A DNA stretch of 44,860 bases, counting the filler, from Jimgerdemannia flammicorona (taxonomy: Eukaryota): NCBI GenBank assembly GCA_003990765.1. It is 2 parts of 2 records of this genome, joined end to end, with 100 filler letters (N's around TTAATTAATTAA, not from the genome) between each part and the next. Parts side by side here need not be neighbours in the genome. Positions count along the whole stretch, not along the records: positions 1 to 22,380 come from RBNJ01001290.1; positions 22,481 to 44,860 come from RBNJ01001291.1. One strand, given 5' to 3'. Of this stretch, positions 12,633 through 23,584 are shown piece by piece; the stretch's first letter is position 1; each line of letters begins with the position of its first letter. A program made the translations under genes and the position numbers. Below the pieces are notes generated by a model. The model did no database searches. It was not told where the DNA came from and saw nothing but the letters and a program-made list of their open reading frames with translations.

Positions 12633-13356
12633 ATACGGCTTCTCTTCATCCATTTCTTAGCTATTGTATGAATTTGTAATAACCTACTAGTTTTTTATTT
12701 TATTTTATAAAAGATTCCGGTTTCCATTAATTACATACTTTAAACCTTCCCAATTTGGTCGTCAATAATATAAACTGGAGATGTTCTGTCGGAATGGCTA
12801 AACGACGCAAACTTTTTACTTTCTTTATATGCAGTGTCAGAAAACACATGTTTATGGGCAAAATAATGACCATAGTCGAGAACCGCCCATGAACGTCGAA
12901 CTAATATTTCATTTTTATTTATCTGAATGTATCGAGTTGACACACACACTCGCAAATCACTGTCGCAACCGCTCTGTCGTAATAAACTACCCAAATGTGA
13001 CAAATTGCCAGTAGTACAAAACATATCATTTTTTCGTTCCTCGGAAAATATACAAACAAACGATTTCTCTTACACTCACCATTGAATTGGAGCTCGTTCA
13101 GATTCACAAGGGTTTAGCCCCTGTTATTGGGCCTTGAGCAACTTGCCGATGACGTTAGCGATCTGCTCGTCGAAGAAATGATACTGACGCCTGGGTATCC
13201 ATCAGCCTGGCTGCAGCTGAAACTCTACTTGAAGTGTGTGTTTTACTGCAGTAGCATGCTTTCTCGAGTTTGTTCATGAACTCCGTCAGCTAAACTGGCG
13301 TTTCACCTTGTCCAGAAACATACACTTGAATCATCAACTCAAATCAAAAACTAAAA

Positions 13357-14043
13357 ATGGCCGTGCATTCCGACAGTGGTCTTAGCCTCAAGGACGATAT
13401 CGCTTCCATATGGAAAGATACATCCTACCACGATGTAACCATTGTTTGCGCCGATGGCGTCGAGCTTGGCGCTTGCCGTGCTGTGTTGGCTGCAAGGTGT
13501 GTTTGATTATTTCTTTACTGTGTTTCATGGTTTTTGTAGTATTAACTCAATGTCATAGGGTTCCTAAGGTGACCCGTCTTCAAGGCAATGCTATACGGAA
13601 GCATACAAGAGAGCGGCCTTCTGTCGGGGCGCCGAAGAATGTGAGGCAGACGGCGCGGATATCTGTCCCCAGGACAACGACTCGGGAGAGATTTTGCGAA
13701 TGGGACATAGCGGTGGAGTCTGTTGGATTGAATGTGTCTGAACCCCTAATCGAGATCGGATTAATGGGCGAGGAGTTCACTGGTTTCGATTCCTACATGG
13801 AGGGCAAGTCATCGGCTTGGGTATTCCAGTCTTATATGAACATATATCGGAAGGTAATAAGGTCGAGAGGGACCCGTGACTATGGCGTCATTTTTCGGAG
13901 CGGCGATGTAGTGACTTTGCATCTGTGATAAAGACAACCATACTTGCGTCAATGACATTAACCACGGGATTGCTTCCGGAGAAGATACACCCTGTCGTGA
14001 CGCTGAGTGTTAAATCCAAGTATCGGATAAAAATCGTCCTTAA
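13357..14043 (+). pseudogene. BTB-SPRY copy B pseudogene (exon 1 plus SPRY region only)
   Basis: Exon 1 (13357-13496) is intact, but the first full codon of exon 2 is TGA (13570-13572; Cys in the other copies). A ~796-nt deletion at 13615/13616 corresponds to copy A 11368-12163, and there are further small indels near 13925-13975. Confidence 0.9.
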
Positions 14044-14145
14044 TCTCTTTTTGAATAAGAACTCCTCTTCATTCTCAGCTGATTGATACTGTTGTATGAA
14101 ATTGTGTGGATTTATCTTTTTAGGCATCTGCTAAAAACCTACTAT

Positions 14146-14186
<41 letters not shown>

Positions 14187-14500
14187 AAATAAATAAATAA
14201 ATGAAAGAATCTGGTTTCCATTGTGTGCTTTTAAATGACATGTTTTAAGCCTTTACAGTTTGGTCGTCAGTGATATAAACTGGAGATGTTCTATCGGAAT
14301 GGCTGAACTTTCAATAATTCACAATCGTTGCAACAAATGCTTGGACGTCGATGACGTTGGCGGTTTGTTCGTCGAAGAAATGGCGCTGCCGCCTGGGTAT
14401 CCATCGGCCTGGCTGCGCATTTTGTTATTTGGTCACAAGTCTCTGCGCCACTTGTCTGAGAACATCCCTTGAAATCGTCAACCTAAATAAAAAACTAAAC

Positions 14501-16018
14501 ATGGTCGTGCAATCCGACAGCGGTCTTAGCCTCAAGGACGACATCGCTTCCATTTGGAAAGACACATCCTACCACGATGTAACCATTGTCTGCGCCGATG
14601 GCATCGAGCTTGGCGCTTGCCGTGCTGTGCTGGCTGCAAGGTGTGTTTGATCGTTTCTTTGTTTTTCATAGTTTTTATGGATTTATCTCATATTAATTTA
14701 TGTCCTGTGGTTCCAAAGGTGTCCCGTATTCAAGGCAATGCTGTACGGAAACATGCAAGAGAGTGTCTCCCAGCGCATCGTCCTCCATGACATCAACTCT
14801 TCAGCGCTCACTGTCGTTCTCGGCTTCATCTACACCGAATCGATCGACGACACCAGCACCACCATCGCAGTAGATATCTACCGTGCAGCGAGCTTCCTTC
14901 TCCTCCCAAAGCTCATGACAATGGTTTTGGAGAGCGCCCAAGACATTTCCGACTTTGGCGTCTCTTCGTCTCTCCTCAACGGGGCCGCCGCCTCCATCCC
15001 TTGGAGCGAGGCCAGCAAGGACCTCTATACTGTGCTCCTCAAGCCCTTCTACGCTTGCAAGCTCGCAATAGGAGAGTTGACAGACCTCTCTAAAGAGGCC
15101 ATCGAGCTGCTCTTCACTGCACCCTACGTGACTCCCTTCGTCACTTCCGAATACGACCTACTTCTGTGTGTCGTCGACTGGGTCTGGGCGCATGCCGAAG
15201 AGCCGGGACCCGACGTTTCTGAGCGTCATGGTGTCTTGCGTGATGTTGCTAGTATGGTTCCTGGATGCGAAGGCAAAATTCGACTGAAAAATGACTCGTT
15301 GCTGAATATGATGAGACATGTGGACCTCAGCCTTGTGTGCCCGCATCGCCTGAAGATCCTCACAGAAGCGGTTGAAGGGTTTGCAGAGACGTCTCCGCAC
15401 TACACGGCCTTTTGTCACCACGCATGTAAGAACACTGTGTGTCCAACGGGACACCCATCCGGGTATCGCGGACGTAAAGATCTTGGACATCAAGATCTCC
15501 AGTGGGATCGATCGAAGGTCGGTTCACACATTGTCGTCTCTGATGATGGCAAGGTCGTGGAGCCTTCTGTCCGGGCGCCGACGACCGTGAGGCAGACGGC
15601 GTGGATATCCGTCCCCGGGACGACGACTCGGGAAGGATTGTGTGAATGGGACATAGTGGTCGAGTCCGTTGGATGGGATAATGGGGATGTGTCCTGTCCC
15701 CTCATCGAGATCGGGTTGGTGGGCGAGGAGTTCACAGGTTTCGATTCCTACATGCAGGGCAAGTCATCGGCTTGGGTATTCCAATCTTATAAGAACACAT
15801 ATCGGAGGGTAATAGGGCCGGGAGATACCCGTGACTATGGCGTCATTTTTCGGAGTGGCGATGTAGTGACTTTGCATCTGGATAAAGGCAACCATACTTG
15901 CGCCTTTTCTGTCAATAGCATTAACCACGGGATTGCATGGACCAACCTTCCGGAGAAGGTATATCCTGCGGTGACGCTGAGTGTTAAATCCAAGTATCGG
16001 ATAAAAGATCGTCTTTAA
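14501..16018 (+). CDS. BTB-SPRY protein, copy C; exons 14501-14640, 14719-16018 (~479 aa)
   Basis: Same exon structure and motifs as copy A; nearly identical to A up to the SPRY domain. Confidence 0.88.
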
Positions 16019-16782
16019 TTTCTTTGTGAATACTACTCCTCTTCATTCTTAGCTGGTTGATACATATTGTGTGGATTTATCTTTTAAGCATCTGCTAAAA
16101 TCCTACTATGGTTATATATATATATAAGATTCTGGTTTCCATTTTGTGCTCTAAATTATATGCTTTTAAGCCTTTATAGTTTGGTCATCAGTGATATAAA
16201 CTGGAGATGTTTTATCGGAATGGCTGAACGACGCACATAAACTCTTCAATTTCCAATTATATTCATTAGTGGTCGAAATGCAACAAATACTTGGACACAA
16301 GATTATATGATGGTGCTCAACAATTGAAAAACGCATACTTATGGGTGAAATCATGACTATAGTCGTGAACCACGCACTGATATTTTCCTGGTTGCGAATT
16401 CATTCAACCTTTTTTTATCTATTTATCTAGATGCATTGAATTGACATACACACGGCGAATCCCGGGTTGTGGTAATAAGCTGGCCGAATGTGACATATTG
16501 CCAATAGTATATACAAATATTTCATTTTTCGTGCCTCAGAAAATATACAAACAAATGGTTGCTTTTATAGTCACCATAGAATTTGGCCTTGAGCGACTCG
16601 CCCATGACATTGGCGGTTTGCTCGTCGAAGAAATGGTACTGACGGCTTGGTATCCTCTGTTGAATATCAGTCTGGCTACAGCTGAAACTCTACTTGAAGT
16701 GTATTGCACCTGGCAGGAAGGCAGCAACATGTTTTCTCGAGTTCATTCCGTCAGCTAAACTGGTCACAAGTCGCTGCGCCAC

Positions 16783-17141
16783 TGTAATGAGTTGTCGCTG
16801 AGTGCTCGTCTATCTCTGTTTTCAATAGATTAGTTTAGCTTAGTCTTTTTTTTTCTTTATCTTTTATACTGCATTCTAGATGCCAAGAAGTGTTTCTTGG
16901 TGCCAAGCACCAAGTCATAGTTAATCTTGGCATTTGCCAAGCACAGCACTCGGATATTCTATATAAATACCCCTCTTTTCTATCTGAATAAACCTTAAAA
17001 TATTCTTCTGAACACTTCCAAACATTTCTCCTATAAATTCCCCTGAACTCCCAGAACCCAAGTAGCACTTCATGTTACTTAGTCTATGCTAAGATCCACT
17101 AGAACTTAGTCACTTCCTCATTCTAGACTACGCTCGTTACA
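16783..17141. mobile_element. Solo LTR (359 bp) with 5-bp TSD GCCAC
   Basis: Starts TGTAATGAG and ends CTCGTTACA (TG..CA, short inverted termini). GCCAC is duplicated at 16778-16782 and 17142-17146. The paralogous empty site is visible upstream of copy E (gctgcgccac|agttcatcttgtccagg). Internal TATAAATA near 16962. Confidence 0.88.
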
Positions 17142-17202
17142 GCCACTGTTCACCTTGTCCAGGAACATACCCTGAATCGTCAACTCAAATCAAAAACTAA
17201 AC

Positions 17203-18736
17203 ATGGTCGTGCAATCCGACAGCGGTCTTAGCCTCAAGGACGACATTGCCTCTATATGGAAAGACACATCCTACCACGACGTAACCATCGTCTGCGCCGA
17301 TGGCATCGAGCTTGGCGCTTGCCGTGCCGTGCTGGCTGCAAGGTGTGTTTGATCTTTTTCTTGATTGTGTTTCATGGTTTTTAAGGATCTATCTCATATT
17401 AATTCATGTCATATGGTTCCTAAGGTGCCTCGTTTTCAAGGCAATGCTGTACGGAAACATGCAAGAGAGCGTCTCCCAGCGGGTAGTCCTCCACGACATC
17501 AACTCTGCAGCTCTCACTGTCATTCTCGGCTTTATCTACACCGAATCGATCGACGATACCATCGCCACCATCGCAGTGGACATCTACCGTGCAGCGAACT
17601 TCCTTCTCCTCCCAAAGCTTATGACAATGGTGCTAGAGAGCGCCCAAGACATTTCCGACCTTAGCGTCTCCTCGTCTCTCCTCAACGGGGCCGCTGCCTC
17701 CATCCCTTGGAGTGAGGCCAGCAAGGACCTCTATGCTGTGCTCCTCAAACCGTTCTACGCTCGCAAGCTCGCCATAGGAGAGTTGACAGACCTCTCTAAA
17801 GAGGCCATCGAGCTGCTCTTCACTGCACCCTACGCGACTCCCTTCATCACCTCCGAATACGACCTGCTTCTGTGTGTCGTCGACTGGGTCTGGGCGCATG
17901 CCGAAGAGCCGGGATCCGACGTTGCGGAGCGTCATGATGTCTTGCGTGATGTTGCCAATATGGTTCCTGGATACGAAGGCAAAATTCGGCTTGGAAATGA
18001 CTCGTTACTGAACATGATGAGACATGTAGACCTCACTCTTGTGTGTCCACATCGCCTGAAGAGCCTCACAGAGGCGGTAGAAGGGTTTGTGGAGACGTCT
18101 CCGCACTATATTGCCTTTTGTCACCACGCATGTAAGAACACTGTGTGTCCAACGGGACACCCGTCCGGGTATCGCGGACGTCAAGATCGAGGAAGTCAAG
18201 ATCTTCAGTGGGATCGATCGAAGGTCGGTTCCCGTGTTAACTTCTCCGATGACGGCAAGGTCGTGGAGCTTTCTGTCGGGACGCCGACAACCGCGAGGCA
18301 GACGGCGCGGATCTCCGTTCCCGGGACAACGACTCGGGAGGGAATATGCGAATGGGACATAGTAGTAGAGTCTGTTGGATTGTATAGGGTGTCTGAGCCC
18401 TTAGTCGAAATCGGATTGGTTGGCGAGGAGTTCGTTGCTTTCGATTCTGATTCTGATTCCGATTCCGGGAGCGAGCCATCGTCATCGGCGTGGATATTCC
18501 AGTCTTGTAGGAATGATTGGTGGAAGGCAATAGGGTTGGGAGTGACCCGTGACTATGGCGTTATTCTTCGGAGTGGTGATGTAGTGACTTTGCATCTGGA
18601 TAAAAACAACCATACTTGCGCCTTTTCCGTCAACGGGATTAACTACGGAATTGCATGGACCAACCTTCCAGAGAAGGTGTATCCTGCCGTGATTTTGTGC
18701 AGTCAATCCAAGTATCGGATAAAAGATCGTCTTTAA
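17203..18736 (+). CDS. BTB-SPRY protein, copy D (most divergent); exons 17203-17342, 17425-18736 (~483 aa)
   Basis: Same exon structure and motifs; DSDSDSDS insertion in a SPRY loop. Confidence 0.88.
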
Positions 18737-19587
18737 ATTTATCTCCCCTCGTTTTTGTGAATACAATTCTCTTCATTTCTTAATGGAGTGATGAATTTAT
18801 GTGGATTTAGCATTTTAGGCATCTGCTATATGTTATTTTAAAATTACATATATATAAAAGATTCTAGTTTTCATTTTGCGCTCTCAATTACATGGTTTTA
18901 AACCTTCGCGATTTTGGACATCAGTGAATAATGCCTAACATAAATTGTCGAAAATGGCACATAAACCATGCGCCAAGTCACAGTCGCTATATTGATTGGT
19001 GGTCGAAATACAACAAATGCCTGAATACATGATTATTTGGTGGTGTTTAACAATTGTAAAACACGTGCTTGTTGGATGAAATAATGGTTATAGTCAGGAA
19101 CCGCCCACGAACGTCGCACGGATATTTTTCTGGTTTCGTGAATTCATTCAACCTTTATTTTTTTATCTGAATGCATTGAGTTGACATGCTCGAAAAACGC
19201 TGTCACAACCAAGCTGCGGTTAAGCTAGCCGAGTGTGACAACATTTCATTTTCTTGTATATATATATATATATACAAACAAACGATTGCTCTTGAATTGG
19301 GCTCGCCCAGCTCCACAAGGTTTTATGGGCCTTGAGCACCTCGCCGATGACGTTGGCGGTTTGCTCGTCGAAGAAATGGCACTGACGACTGGGTATTCTC
19401 AGCCTAGCTACAGGTGAAAACTCTACTCGAAGTATGTGTCATACCTGGCAGGAAGACATTCTAGAGTTTGTTTCATGAACTCCGACAGCTAAACTGTGTT
19501 TTGTTATTTGGTCACAAGTCGCTGCGCCACAGTTCATCTTGTCCAGGAACATACCCTTGAATCGTCAACTCAAATAAAAAACTAAAC

Positions 19588-21103
19588 ATGGTCGACAGTG
19601 GTCTTAGCCTCAAGGACGACATCGCTTCCATATGGAAAGACACATCCTACCACGACGTAACTATCGTCTGCGCCGATGGTGTCGAGCTTGGCGCTTGCCG
19701 TGCTGTGCTGGCTGCAAGGTGTGTTTGATCGTTTTTTTTATTGTATTTCGTAGTTTATATAGATCTATCTAATATTACTAATTCATGTTTCGTTGTTCCA
19801 AAGATGCCCCGTATTCAAGGCAATGCTGTACGGAAACATGCAAGAGAGCGTCTCCCAGCGCGTTGTCCTCCACGACATTAACTCTGCAGCGCTCACTGTC
19901 GTCCTCAGCTTTATCTACACCGAATCGATCGACAACACCACCACCACCATCGCAGTGGACATCTACCGTGCAGCGAGCTTCCTTCTCCTCCCAAAGCTCA
20001 TGACAATGGTTCTGAAGAGCGCCCAAGACATTTCCGACTTTGGCGTCTCCTCGTCTCTCCTCAACGAGGCCGCCGCCTCCATCCCTTGGAGTGAGGCCAG
20101 CAAGGGCCTCTACACTGTGCTCCTCAAGCCCTTCTACGCTCGCAAGCTCTCCATAGGAGAGCTGACAGACCTCTCTAAAGAGGCCATCGAGCTTCTCTTC
20201 GCTTCACCCTGCGCGACTTCCTTTGTCACTTCCGAATATGACCTGCTTCTGTGTGTCGTCGACTGGGTCTGGGCGCATGCCGAAGAGCCGGGACCCGACG
20301 TTGCGGAGCGTCATGGTGTCTTGCGTGATGTTGCTAGTATGGTTCCTGGATGCGAAGGCAAAATTCAACTGAAAAATGACTCGTTGCTGAACATGATGAG
20401 ACATGTGGACCTCACCCTTGTGTGCCCGCATCGCTTGAAGATCCTCACAGAAGCGGTCGAAGGGTTTGCAGAGACGTCTCCGCACTACACGGCCTTTTGT
20501 CACCACGCATGTAAGAACACCGTGTGTCCAACGGGACACCAATCCGGGTATCGCGGACGTAAAAATCGAGGACTTCAAGATCTCCAGTGGGATCGATCGA
20601 AGGTCGGTTCACACATTGTCGTCTCTGATGATGGCAAGGTCGTGGAGCCTTCTGTCCGGGCGCCGACGACCGTGAGGCAGACGGCGCGGATATCCGTCCC
20701 CGGGACGACGACTCGGGAAGGATTGTGCGAATGGAACATAGTGGTCGAGTCTGTTGGATTGAATGTGGGGAGAAGGTCTGAACCCCTCAGCGAGATTGGG
20801 TTAGTGGGCGAGGAGTTCACTGCTTTCGATTCGTACATGGAGAGCAAGTCATCGGCGTGGGTATTCCAGTCTTATAAGGATGATCATCGGAAGGTAATAG
20901 GGTCGAGAGGGACCCATGACTATGGTGTCATTGTTCGGAGTGGCGATGTAGTGACTTTGCATCTGGATAAAGACAACCATACTTGCGCCTTTTCCATCAA
21001 TGGGATTAGCCATGGAATTGCATGGACCAATCTTCCAGAGAAGGTGTACCCTGCCGTGACTTTGAGCGTTCAATCCAAGTATCGGATAAAAGATCGCCTT
21101 TAA
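19588..21103 (+). CDS. BTB-SPRY protein, copy E; exons 19588-19718, 19804-21103 (~476 aa)
   Basis: Same structure; in-frame 9-nt deletion after the start (MVDSG vs MVVQSDSG). Confidence 0.88.
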
Positions 21104-22380
21104 TTTTGTCTCCCCTCCTCTTTGTGAATGCAATCCCCTTCATTCCTGATTTGATACATTATATATATATATATTATATACTTTTTATTTTTTTTTATAT
21201 CTTTTTCAACACAAAAGATTCTAGTTTCCATTTTGCGCTCTCAATTATATGTTCTTATGGCTTCCCAACTAAGTCGCCAGTGATAATGCTTGAGACTGGA
21301 ACGACGCTCAAAAACTCTTCGCCAATTTCCATGTGTGCACAAATCGCAATCGCTATATTCATTAATACTTGAGATGATTATGATAGGGCAAATTTCTGTT
21401 ATTGCCCGCATTTTATAACAATTGTTTATGGATGAAACTATGGCAATAATCGGAACTGCTCACGAATGTCGCACTGGTTGCGTGAATGCATCCAACATCT
21501 GAATGCAGTGAGTTGACATACTCGCAAATCGCTGTCGCGGCCGAATGTGGTATATCGCCAATAGAGAAAGACTGCAGAAAATATTAACCACTATAAAACA
21601 CTTCTGATGCATATATATCACTTGAAACGTTTCGGAAAGGAATTATAGCTCTATGTGCGAAAGCTGCAGGGAATGCTTGGGATAAAATTACCGGTGCAAC
21701 CCTAAATCTATTCTTACTACCTCACACAACCCCGAGCCCGGTTTCTATTAAATTCGTAAAATCGCAAAATCCTCTAACCACGACGTTCATACCGTCTCTC
21801 CAATCCTCCAAACAAACATATTCTATAATCCGTCACTTTTTGATTCACAAATCGCCATCGCGGGCAGGTCCCAGCGGTACCCAAGGCTTGAGCCGATAGC
21901 TTCGAAGCTCCGGCCAGTGATGCATGGCGCGATGGGTTTAGCGCTTTCCGACGGGTCAAGACTTGAGCTGCATGATTCACATGTCGAGACGATGCATTCG
22001 TTTTCTTCTGACGCCATCCATTACGGTATATCCGGTTGAGGTGGGTCCCATCTTGAACCGTGCTCGGCGGATCAATTATTATAGGTGATAAGCAGTCGTA
22101 TACCCAGTTCAAGAACGTGATGTGGAACCTTGCAAACCCATTGATTGAACGTTCGCCAAACAGATTGGCAAGCGGGGCTATAGCGAAAAGTCGATTGCCT
22201 CTGTCAAAAGGAGATGGTCAACATTTTGATTCTATGTATCCAAAAAAAATAAACCGTCGATAAAAAGACTGCAAGGGTGACATCACGCCACGTTCAGAAG
22301 AAAATCGACTATTTGCTCGTTGAGGGGAGGGAAAAAAAAAGCTTCGCCTCCATTCAACACCGGATTAGGTAAAGGGGGGG

Positions 22381-22480
22381 NNNNNNNNNNNNNNNNNNNN
22401 NNNNNNNNNNNNNNNNNNNNNNNNTTAATTAATTAANNNNNNNNNNNNNNNNNNNNNNNNNNNNNNNNNNNNNNNNNNNN
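22381..22480. other. Artificial gap/linker: 44 N + TTAATTAATTAA + 44 N
   Basis: The 12-mer gives stop codons in all six frames and sits at the exact midpoint (22380+100+22380=44860). Confidence 0.95.
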
Positions 22481-23580
22481 TTTTTAATAGACTCATAGTC
22501 CTGCAGATTTTTATTGAAAGAGAACCTAGACTATATAGGCCAAAACCCTCCCCCACCACCCACTGAACAATATTCCTCCATTAACCTAAGCTACTAAATT
22601 ATCCAGCAGTCCCACTGCTCCAGCTATGCCTGTCAAACACTAGTTACATTGACCCCCATGACATAGACTAGACTTGTCTGCTCACCAGGGCTGGATCATC
22701 ATTTACATGTGAGAGCACACCTATACATCAGATCTAGCAGTACTGGGACTGAATAAAGAATAGCCTCTCAAACCCCAAAAGAAAGCCTAAGGTAAAGAAA
22801 AAACCCTCCAACTAACCAATAGAGAGCAAAGTGGATTCAAAGTAGGTGAGTAAAGGACTTATATGCAGAATCTTCTGCAAAGGACTTATATATGGGCTAG
22901 GGCCAGAAAAGATCCCACTCCCACTCCCCAAGCCTGTAGGCCTCAATCACATTGCCATATCAGCTCTCAGTTCCAGTTGGATACTGCTAAATGAGGAAAG
23001 TCCCACTCTCCAAGCCTGTGGGCCTCGATCATGTTACCATATCAGCTCCCAGTTCCAGTTGGGTATAGCCAGGACACTGGCCCCTACACTACCCCACCCC
23101 CTATCAGCCAATTGAAAGGCCCCACCAAAATATTGTCTGTCCCAGCCCTGATAACCACCCCCAGCCTGGCACCCTACTGGTTTACCATTATTGTCCTTCC
23201 TCCTATCTGTGATGACCATCTCCCCTCCCATCCTGACAATATCTGAAAAACAGTCACCTACACTAGAACCATGCTTGCCAGGAAGCTTGCCAAAGCCAGA
23301 GAGCCCCACCATAGGTACTGAGGACTTACAGGTAACCTATACTGAGCACTTAATGTCCAAGGTCAGCTGACTCTCTATGTAGCCCAAGACACACTGAGAC
23401 AGTACCTTGTTGGTGATGGCAAAAGGAAGAAGGCACCATACCAAAATAGATATACTCCAGATGCAGCTGAAGATACCAAAAACTATGAAAAAGTGGAGAA
23501 GATACTAATCCAACACTGATAAAGAAGTAACTCAACACTATTGCCCTCCTCCCACTATGCCCATATAGGTACAGCAAACC
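22481..23580 (-). mobile_element. Probable 3' end/UTR of a degenerate non-LTR retrotransposon on the minus strand
   Basis: G-rich on the minus strand like the neighbouring LINEs; minus-strand AATAAA near 22510-22515 shortly before an A-run at the contig edge; CpG-depleted. No diagnostic protein motif was confirmed. Confidence 0.4.
22920..23070. repeat. Direct repeat of about 68 bp with ~82-bp period
   Basis: cccactcYccaagcctgtRggcctcRatcaYRttRccatatcagctcYcagttccagttggRta occurs twice, differing by transitions. Confidence 0.85.
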
Positions 23581-23584
23581 AATC

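Larger units (their letters stand above)
10960..21560 (+). repeat. Tandem segmental array of five BTB-SPRY units including homologous spacers
   Basis: Shared upstream motifs (gtcacaagtcgctgcgccac, aaaactaaacATGG) and shared 3' flanks (aagattctRgtttccatt, gagttgacat). Spacer-type sequence continues after copy E to about 21560. Confidence 0.9.

Noticed and set aside
13616..14043. Copy B SPRY segment as the template repeat of a diversity-generating retroelement
   Set aside because: Differences from the intact copies are not adenine-specific and include indels; no DGR-type RT is present, and the RTs in the window are LINE/Gypsy and lie across an artificial linker.
14147..14183. Poly(T) then poly(A) hairpin as a terminator or retrocopy tail
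   Set aside because: Sits where the paralogous 3' flanks have variable T-rich or (TA)n tracts; simple slippage explains it.
17300..17424. ORF-track N-terminus MASSLALAVPCWLQG... as a signal peptide on copy D
   Set aside because: It is an off-frame read of exon 1 plus the intron; the conserved start is ATG 17203 with splicing as in the paralogs.
21774..22263. Short ORFs downstream of the array
   Set aside because: No motifs, no consistent splice structure and no homology within the window.
22425..22436. TTAATTAATTAA as a biological motif (e.g. piggyBac TTAA site)
   Set aside because: Centred within N runs; it is a synthetic six-frame stop linker.
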